A DNA stretch of 64,000 bases, taken from positions 11,700,883 through 11,764,882 of the forward strand of contig CM119269.1 in assembly GCA_051294375.1 (NCBI GenBank). The letters are read 5' to 3'. The stretch comes from Paraspadella gotoi. Its lineage: Eukaryota > Animalia > Chaetognatha. Of the stretch, positions 54,569 through 64,000 are shown piece after piece. Under the pieces are notes generated by a model. That model searched no databases and was not told where the DNA came from. It saw only the letters and a program-made list of their open reading frames with translations. Every line of letters starts with the position of its first letter. The stretch's first letter is position 1. Made by a program: the position numbers and the translations under genes.

Positions 54569-57500
54569 GCAATTATGCAATTGCGACGATCCTTATGCTT
54601 TTAAGATTTTTTTAACTTGCATCATTTTTTCAACTTACGTGACTTATGTTTTTTCCATTTAAACTCATTTCCACTGGCACAATTCCATCAAAACTTTATA
54701 TCTAGCTTCTTCACACACTTTCCTACCCGCTCACAAAATTTCATCTCAATCTATTATAGGTTAAAATAAGTAAAAATATTAAAGTAAATGTGACTCATAT
54801 TTTTTTTATTTAAATTCATTTCCACTCGTATGTTTCTACCGAAACTTTATATCAAGCTTCGTCACACACTTTCTTACCCACACACAAAATTTGAACTCAA
54901 TCTATCCATCCAATTATGATTAATTAGAGTATTTATTGGTTAAAATAAGTAAAAAGATTTTAGTAAATGCGACTTATGTTTTTTCCATTTAACTTCATTT
55001 CCATTCACACGATTCTATCGAAACTTTATATCCAGCTTTATCAAACACTTTCCTACCCACACACAAAATTTTATTCCAATCCAATCTGTCAATCACGAGT
55101 TATTGGAGCTTAATTGTCTAATTGATTAATTAACTGATTAATTATTTGAATTATTAATACATACTGCATATACATTTAATATAAAAGGAAAAAGAAGCAT
55201 AATCAATTAGTGAAACAGGTGTTTGTTTTTTTCCATTTAAACTCATTTTCTCTCAAACGATTCCATCGAAACTTGATTTCCTGTTCAATCACACACTTTC
55301 CTACCCACATATAAAATTCCAGGCCAATCGCCCCATCCACTCATGAGCAATTGGTGTTCAAATAGTGAAATATATTTTTTTGTTTTTTCCATTTAAACTC
55401 ATTTCCACTTGGACGATTCCATCGAAACTTTATATCCAGCTCAATCACACACTTCAAATCCATCCATCCAATCACAAGTAAGTGGTGTTTTTTGCTAAGG
55501 TGGGACGGATGGACGGACGAACATTAATTTTTTTGCATAATTTATCATAATTCGATGTTCTGACATGATATAAGTTAGTGCCCGACAATATTGAGGGGGC
55601 GGACCGACGGACCGACAAAGTGAATTATAGAATCGGGATCTGCTGATAAGCAGATCCGACTAAAAAAATATTGTGATTTATCATCTGATTAGCAGATTAC
55701 CGCTTAATTATTGTAGGCAGATCCGACATTGTTTGCTCAAACTTGTTATGATTTAATTTGGGTGTATGAAGCTAAAAATTTATATACAGCTTCTCATCAT
55801 CAATGTGCTTAAAATTTAGTCTGGACAGTTATTAAATATGTTATGTTTACATTTTATCAAAACAAACAAATTTTTTCTATGAAGAGACAGTAATTATTGT
55901 TGTGTTAGTTACAGAACCGTTCAACATAAGCAGTCCCTGAGCTTCGGATAAGAATGTAACACCGTGTTTCAAGCGGGTTAAGCGCCCGGTCGGCTACCGG
56001 GCTAGAACCCCGGACCTTTGGGTTGGGAGGCGAATGATTTGCCTCCGGCACTAATGGCCGCTGATGAACGGTTGGTAGATTTTAGTCCACCATATCTCTT
56101 TTATTTTTATATTTCTTTCTCTCTCTCTTTTCTCTTTTAAGTACATGTCTCTCTCCCTCTCTCTTTTCCCTAGTCACTGATTCTTAGGGAAAAAAACGAG
56201 TCTGCAGCTGGCTCTGCAGGGGCTTATTCTTTTTTTCTCTTTTCTCCTGCTGCTTCTGCTGCTGCCTTTTGATTTCTTTCTTATTTTTCTGGGTGCCTCT
56301 GCTGCTGGCTTCTCTCTCTCTTTTTCACTCTCTTTCTCTCTCTCTCTCTCTTTCTTTTTTTTTTCAGGGGCTGCGTCTGCTGATCAGTTTATTTTTTTCC
56401 TTTCTATTCTTTCTTTATATTTCTTTTTTTCTTTTTCTTTCTGTTTATAAATTAATTTTCTTTTCTCAAATTTGATTTTTTTTAGTATCAAAATTTGTCG
56501 TCAATCCAGATTTTTCTTATGCGATTGCGACGATCCTTATGCTTTTGAGATTTTTTTTTTTAATTAAGTACAATGTGAGACGACAACCCGCCGTTAGAAA
56601 AAAAACGTCATTTTCAAACTGGTATACTCACACCATCCCAGGCGTTGTGTTCCATCCACAGTCCTAACGAGTTCCCTCTGCATTGGCAAAGCGAGACCGT
56701 CCTAGGGTAACCGCGCCAGTTACTGGATGCGTCACTGAGGGTCGGAAGCCCCCAAAGCCAACAGTGAGATGCCCCATCCTAATGGGCATCACAGGCAACC
56801 CGGCTGTTGCCATAAGTGGTGAGTCCTACTATTGAACACGCAACCTTCTTAAGGTACACTACGACAAACGCCTATAGCCTGCAGACTTTGGGTACGCTAC
56901 AACAAAACCGCCTATGCCCCTGGAGTACGCTATGACAAACGCCTATGCCCCCACAGCTCGCGCTCTCTTTCTCCCACATGGTAAGTCTTGTCAGACACTT
57001 TTCAGGCTTGAGGAACCTGAGTGATGTATTGGCCCGGGAATCCTGTGGTGGTGTATTCTCATATCCACGATCATCCCACACCATCCCAGGCGTTGTGTTC
57101 CATCCACAGTAGGGTGAAGTAAAAGTTTGGAATCAAAATTTAGCAGTTATATTTTGAAAACTATCATATTAGTAAATATTAATCTGTAGTTTTTTTATTT
57201 TTTTTTATAAATATAGTAACCCAGTCAGCTTATTTTGTATATAATACTACCCTTATATAATGTCAAAATTTTAAAATGTTTTTTTTTAAATTCTGAGAAC
57301 AGATTCAGATTCCTCGTTAAAAATTGATGAAAGAAAATATCTTTTTTAAAAATTATTTTATTAAGTAAGTTAAAATTATAAAAAATTATATTTTTAAACC
57401 GAAAATTGAAAATCCGTATCTTAAAATATTTTTTTTATATTTTTAACCAACTTAATAAAAGAATTTTTTTTAAAAAATGATTCTTTCTTATGTTAACTTT

Positions 57501-60500
57501 TTGCAAGGAATCCAAATCCGATCTTAAAATTTAAGAATTTGGAATTTGAAATTTGAGCCTATATATATATATATATACTTAATACTATATATAAACATAG
57601 CTCACTGGTGCTTACCAATGTATACAATTAAAAAATAAATTTACCAAAGTATTTTTATTGGTTTTTATTTTTATGTTTTATGTGCTAAATTTTAATTTTT
57701 TAAAATTGTATCATTTTCACATCACTCTAATCCACAGTCCGAACGACTTCCCTCTGTTGGCAAAGCGAGACCGTCCAAGGGTAACCGCGATAGTGACTAG
57801 ATGCGTCACTAAGGGTCGGAAGCTCCCAAAGCTAACAATGGGCATCACAGGCAACCCGGTTGTTGCCATAAGATGTAAATTTAATAGTCTTATTTGATAT
57901 TCTTATATTTTAAATAGAATACATTTATTATTTATTTTTAATATTTTTTCAATTCACCAAACTCTTCTTATTTTAATAATATTATATTTTTAGTTATTTA
58001 TATTATTGTTATTATTTTTATTTTAATGTAATTTTTTTTTATTTTGATAAGCTTAGAATCTTTTTTATTTTATGTCTTATGTTATTTTCAATAATTAGGA
58101 GAGGAGCCAGTTTACTTACTTAATCCAGATTTATTGAAATAGATTATGAAATGAAAAATAATATTTTAAATAAAAAAGGTTTATATCCGTGCAGTTGTAT
58201 TTATTTATTAGATCATTGTAATTATTAAAAAAATTTTCTTAAATCTTTTTATTTAAATCCTTGATTTTGTAGTTTTTTATTTAAATTAAAAGCCCTGAAA
58301 AGTCTGAACAAATTGTGGCAAATCTAATTAACTGACAAGTGAAAACTAATAAAGCTGCTTTCCTCGGAATACAAATGTCCATATATGGATAATTAACAAT
58401 ATCAAAATTAAAAGTTTATATAAATGTTCTTTTAGTAAATATTCACAAAATTTCTATTCATTTAATAAATGGGACAGGCTATGGTGGTTGAAAGCCTCCA
58501 TCACTCTGACAAAATAATAAGATAGCAGTTCCCTGCAAGTCGTGTTCCGATAACCGTTAACTGTTAACGGTTATTAACGGTTAAAAATAATTTTAACTTA
58601 ATCGTTAATATATTTATTTTAACGGTTAAATTCGGTTAATTTTCAAGTGTGATTTTTTTCATTTTTTGGTATGAAATTTTTAAATTTAAAAAAAACTTTT
58701 TTTTTCCTGCTCTCTCTTATTCCCATCTCCCGTTCTCACCATATTTTTACCGCGCTCTCTCTTCTCCACTTTTTCCCTGCTTTTTTCCTTTATTTTTTTT
58801 TTTTTTCTATCCTAATCTCTCTCTTATTCTTTCTTCCTCTTTATTTATCTCCTATTGTTCCTTTCTTTTTCTCTCTCATTTTTCCCCTTTTTCTTTCCCC
58901 CTTTCTTTTTTCTCCTTGTTTCGCTCTTTGCTTTTACCTTTTTAATTTTTTTGCCCTTCCATGCAATATATATTCAATTTAGCTAAAAATAAATAATCCC
59001 TTGAAGAGACAGTAATTATTAAGGCGTAGTAAAATTTCTAAATTTAACTTTAATTAAGAATTCTAAAAAGTGAGGAACGAACAACATTATACTAATGAAC
59101 ATTTATGTAATAAAAAAAATTATAATAAATTTTACAATTTACGCAGTAGGCCATATTTATACTAGTACTGATAAACCAATAAATGTTAAAATTTCAAAAC
59201 AGTTTTTTCTAAGATTTTTTTGCAGATTTGGATTCGTCATAAAAAGTTGATAAAAGAAATATAACTCTTTTTGAAAAATTCCTTCATTAAGTGGGTCAAA
59301 AATTAGAAAAAGCTATATTTTAAGCTGAAAATTAACTTTTTATATATTAAATATAGTTTTTTTAATTTTTAACCCACTTAATGAAAGAATTTTTAAAAAT
59401 GATTTATATTTTCTTTTTATCAACTTTTGACGAGGAATTCAAATTCTACAATCAAAATTAAGAAAAGCCTATTTTGAATTTTTCGATTTTATAAGGATAG
59501 TACTATAATATAAATATAGCCTACTGCTAAAATTAAAAAACATAAAAATAATTTATTTTACAAATTAATGTTCATTGATGGTATGTTGTTCATAATTGAC
59601 TTTTAGAATTTTCGTATGTAACTTTCACTACGCCTTAGTAATTATTGATAAGTGTTAATGACAGAACCGTTCAAAAATAAGCAGTCCCTGAGCTTCGGAT
59701 CAGGCTGTAACACCGTGTTACAGGCGGGTTAAGCGCCCGGTCCCTCTTAACTGCCAGACGACCACCGAGCTAGAACCCCGGACCTTTGGGTTGGGAGGCG
59801 AATGTCTTGCCTCCGGCACCAATGGCCGCTGATGAACGGTTGGTGGATTTTAGTCCACCATACATCCCCCCCTCCGCTGTAGGGAGAAGTCTGTTGCGTC
59901 TCTTCAGTGAATTGTTGTTGTTGGTGGAAAGTTCGTCACCAAGTTGAGGAATGTCGCGCCTGATGTGTTGTGGGCGAAAATGCATCGCCAGGTTGAGGCA
60001 TGTCGCCCTGAAAGTGTTGTTGTTGCTGTTGTGTTCGGGAAGTCGGGCTCACCAATGAAGAGAACAGTAATTATTGTTATGTTAGTGACAAGAACGCGTT
60101 CAATATAAGCAGTCCCTGAGCTTCGGATCAGGCTGTAACACCGTGTTACAGGCGGGTTAAGCGCCCCGTCCCTCTTAACTGCCAGACGACACCACCGGGC
60201 TAGAACCCCCGACCTTTGGGTTGGGAGGCGAATGTCTTGCCTCCGGTACCAACGGCCACTGATGAACGTTGGTGGATTTTAGTCAAGCGCATACCCTTTT
60301 TACTTTTACTTTTTCTCTTTTTTTCTTTCCTTTTTTAAAACGATCAAAGAAGCAAACGAAATAAAACCAAATGAATGAAAAAAAATAATAAAAAACCAAA
60401 TAAAAAAAATTATTTTAAAAAATTAATAATAGAAGGAACAAATCTTAAAAAAGACATTAAGGCTAACTAAAACTATCCTTCTTCAATAATGATGATATAC

Positions 60501-63500
60501 TTTTTAATTAAACTGAAAAATATATTTATTAATCAATAAATCTTTTGATCAATCGATAAAACAACCAGTCTATCAATAAATAAAAATTCATATTTATATT
60601 TATGGTCAATGACCATTGGTCATAGTTTATGAAAGACTAACAACAGAAAACAACTACAAAAATAATGAGGAAGAGAAGAAGTAGAGAAAGAAAAAGAGAA
60701 AGCAAAAGAGAGAAAGAGAAAACAAAATATAGAATTAGAATTTGATGGTATATGATTTGATGGTATTTGATGGTATATGGTTGCGTTATTAGATTAGAAA
60801 AAAATATTTGTTTTGTTACAGGTTCCGCGTACAAACGTTGCATTTAGGAAAAAAAAATCTTTTTAAACTCTTTCCAATATTGTTCAGTTGTTACTTACAA
60901 TATTGATTAACTTTGTAGCACAACACAAATTAGGCCGAACGAAGGATTGGTTAGAAACATCATCACCCGTTTCTAATGATAAAGAGTACCATTTTGGCAA
61001 TTTTAGGAAAAAAAATTATGTCCATTTTTGTCCATTTTTACTTACGACTTCTGATTTGAATGCCAAGGAAAGTTGAGAAAATTTTTTTTACTTTGGAAAT
61101 CCGTTCTTTCTTATCTTCTTTACCTCTGGGTAAATTTATTAGCTTAAATCATTTATAGTTTGCCTATGAATTAATTTCAAAGTTAACAAGTCAAAAGTTT
61201 CAGTTTCAGTCTTTATCATAATTTGTTAAGAAAAAATGAATCAAATTGGTTTAAATTAACAGAAAATATAGCCTATTGAATAAGCTTTTAACACCTATAA
61301 AATTATCAAAAAAACTTCTTTGGTTTAGCCACAAATAATTTTTAATTTGTGACTTTTTGTGACTTGCATTTATTTTTATAAAGAGAATATTTTCAACTCA
61401 TTCATTAGTTTTAAAAAGATGAGGTACATACTGACCTTGATTAATTAAAAAAAAACCGCATACTTTTAACCAATGGAAAGCGTCAGGACTTGTTTTTTCT
61501 CAGAATCGACAGATTTTGCGGAAAAAATTTTCCGCAAAAATCTGTCGATTTACTAAATTTGCTAGGCAACCAAAATTGAAATAAAAATCATGCGCTACCA
61601 TTCATTTTCTTTCTTAAATGCATTTTAAAATATTTTCTTTGATTTGGCTCAATGTAAACATAGTGAGAGAAATAAAGCGAGAGGAAGAAGACAAGAAAAG
61701 GAGGAGAAGAGGGGGAGAGAATGAAAGAGAGGGTGAAAGGCAAAAAAAACGGAAGGCAAATTTGGAAAAATATGTGAAACAATTGTAAGTGAGAAAGAAG
61801 GGAAAATGGAAAGAAAAAGAGGGGAAAAGAAAGGGAAAGAATGAAGATAAGAAAAAAAGGTGAGGAAATGCATAAGTGGCAGAAAAAGGTAGGGGCCGAA
61901 AAAATAGTAAGTGACAGCGTGAGAAGTAAGGGAGGAAAGAGGAAGAGGAAAATATTAAGAAGAGAAAGAAAAGAGGTAAAGAAAAATAATCAGGAAAAAG
62001 CGTATGAAGGAAAAAAAATTGTATCAGATAATGTGGCGTCTTACCTAAAATCTTTTGTATAAGTATTATAGACATGAAGATTCTTATAAGGAATTCGATC
62101 TTTAAAAATTATCTGTACCATAAAAATTCAAGCATACTTATATCTAAAATTACGCAGTTAATGAGATTAGATAAACAATCATTGATGAAATCATGTCTTA
62201 CCGTATTTTTAACTCATAGAAAATTCACTTGGGAAGTTCTAAGTGATGAAAGAAGGAGATAACTTGAGACAACCGTTTTTTTAAATGAGGTGAGGTTCGT
62301 ACTAACCAATGAGATCAAGAAGATGGTAATTAGTGAAGTTCAGGATTTCGTTGTCTAAAAGACTCTGATTGTATGCTAAACCTACAACAACAATTTTATT
62401 TGACATAAAAAAAAGACATGTTTCGACTCTGTTTCAAGTCTTTATCAGCGCATTCAGGAGCCAGAGTTAAAGAGAAAATATTATTAAATACTTAAGTTTG
62501 TTTTAAATCTTAATATTTTAAATTTAAAGTTAAATTATAAAATTAACCGATCTTAACGGTTAACCGTTAAAAATGTTAGTTTAACGGTTAAGCGAATTTC
62601 CTAAAAAATTAACGATTATCGGAACTCTACCTGCAAGCTACAGTTGTAAATTGGTGTACCTGTTTGACTACGACGCCGATGAGGAGTGGAGCTAAAACTC
62701 CAGTTATGGCCCCGGCCGAGTTGGACAGTCCCATTATGATCCCGGCGAAATCAGGGGCTATGTCAATGTGATTGCAGTAGAACCCTCCGCCGAATTGCGC
62801 GCCATTAAAAGCCTGAAGATTAATATAACAGAAATGGGTCATACTAATACTGGTATTGGTATTTTTATTAATAGTATATCGACTATAGAATATTGCCAAA
62901 ATATCTTTTGGCAGCAGTCTAGTTCGTACCTGTGCCATCGTGAGCAACACTATCGCGTAAGCTGGTTGCGTACAGTCTAGATATCCCGTCAGAACGAGAA
63001 ATATCGCCGGCGGGATCATGCCTAAGCTCGACATGAGCTTTCGGGCGTTTTTAACCGTTAGTACTTTGCCTTCGATAAGCAAATCGCAAATAATTCCGAA
63101 GACGTTGATGCAAATCCAGAAGGCGATGTACGGGATAGCGGAAAAGAAGCCGTTCTGCAGGTAATGATGAAATATGTTATTTTAGCTAATTATATTATGT
63201 CTAATTTGTTAACAACAAATGGTTGATGTGGTATAGAGAAGCGGAAAGATAATACTTATGTTGTAAAATTACAAATAATAAATTACCGAAACATCAGAGA
63301 GGAAAATGGCATCAGTACTTTTATATTTTCACTCACCGTTTTGATATCGAATCTCAGAATGTCCTTCATATACGTAGGTATGTTAGTTAAAAGAGTGTAT
63401 GCTCCCCAATCAGAGGCCGCGTTCATGACGATCAATGCCCAGACTGGACCGGACTTAAACATGTCCCTCCACGGGGTCTTCATGTCTTTCCGAGATTTAT

Positions 63501-63982
63501 CGTCCGTACTGTCGCTGCCTAATTCCTTTGTTAAAAAATCTAATTCTATAGAAGATATTCGTGGGTGAACGGCCGGGCTGTCCGCCGCAAACACGCACCA
63601 CAGAATAAACCTTAAAATGGAAGCAGTTTTTGCTCGTTAAAATTGTAATTATAGTCTTGTACTGGCGTCATAAACTGGTCATGTACTGGTCATGTACTGG
63701 TGTCGCTAAAATTTTACCATATCACACCGAAGATTCCGTAAATATAAAATATTGAGCCCCAACCATTATCAAACCCATAATCGCACAATAAAGCGGCCAA
63801 AGGTAAAGTGATGATGTTTCCCACCTTAAAATATAAAAATATTGTCATCTCTAAACGTTATATCTTAATCAAGAGGGCGGTCTGACTTGAGCACCGGCGT
63901 AGCTGAATCCAACCAACTTTCCTCTTTCTTGCGGTGGAGCCCATTTGGACCAAATCACGTGACAGGCGGGAAAGACGACGCC
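53502..63982 (-). CDS. SLC17/sialin-like MFS anion transporter, 3' part (5' exons beyond window end)
   Basis: Exons 63982-63895 ([13 protein letters not shown]), 63824-63718, 63610-63337 ([25 protein letters not shown]), 63154-62930, 62812-62660 ([11 protein letters not shown]), 53738-53502 (EWRLVF..VQDWA). Confidence 0.9.
56620..57870 (+). mobile_element. Family A mini-LTR element; 3' LTR split by a hAT-like MITE
   Basis: 5' LTR 56620-56814 with twister at ~56683-56761, PBS at 56817, PPT at ~57035, 3' LTR 57044-57109 plus 57730-57870. Confidence 0.85.
57110..57729. mobile_element. hAT-like MITE
   Basis: TAGGGTGA...TCACTCTA ends with perfect 8-bp TSD ATCCACAG. Confidence 0.8.
59002..60285 (-). 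mobile_element. Family B mini-LTR element; 3' LTR interrupted by a hAT-like MITE
   Basis: 5' LTR ~60056-60285, PBS TGGTGAGCCCGAC (60054-60042), [13 protein letters not shown], 3' LTR 59862-59637 plus 59020-59002 (sense TATGGTGG...TCTTCA). Confidence 0.85.
60109..60182 (-). ncRNA. Type-P5 twister ribozyme candidate, family B (second copy ~59681-59754)
   Basis: Minus strand: GCAGTT AAGA GG GA CGG GGCGCT T^AA CCC GC CTGTAAC-ACGGT-GTTACAG CCTGA TCCGAAGC TCAGG GACTGC. Confidence 0.75.
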
Positions 63983-64000
63983 CTGGTGAGAAAGAAAGTG

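Larger units (their letters stand above)
58540..62629. mobile_element. 4.1-kb non-autonomous hAT-like element carrying nested insertions
   Basis: TIR T(C/A)G(T/A)GTTCCGATAA, subterminal TAACGGTTA repeats at both ends, perfect 8-bp TSD CCTGCAAG. Confidence 0.75.

Noticed and set aside
59829-59860. CTGATGA in family B LTRs as a hammerhead core
   Set aside because: No GAAA after a helix II, and it lies antisense to the PBS/PPT.

Overview
AT-rich, microsatellite-rich, intron-rich animal genomic DNA from a draft assembly (N gaps at 43-67 and 13327-13351, many indel-like errors in the first ~22 kb). Genes: a frameshifted SLC6 transporter (+, ~1.0-7.5 kb); a diacylglycerol kinase theta-like gene (-, 38393 to ~8.8 kb, partly duplicated by what looks like an assembly/haplotype overlap); an intact 8-exon Fe(II)/2OG dioxygenase-like gene nested antisense in a DGK intron (+, 24541-29632); an ADP/ATP translocase (+); Rab39 (+); and the 3' part of an SLC17/sialin-like transporter (-). 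Introns carry hAT-like MITEs with 8-bp TSDs, Helentron-like elements, a deleted Tc1/mariner and minimal Penelope-type hammerheads. The main finding is three distinct families (A, B, C) of small non-coding LTR elements. Each has ~230-260 bp LTRs, a ~190-240 bp interior, an extended tRNA-Trp-complementary PBS and a GGGGAT PPT. Each family's LTR carries, on the element's sense strand, a circularly permuted (type P5) twister ribozyme fold with covarying pseudoknot and a palindromic mini-P1. These look like twister-based LTR retrozymes that would release ~430-500 nt self-cleaved (probably circular) RNAs. All structures were read by eye; none was computed or tested.
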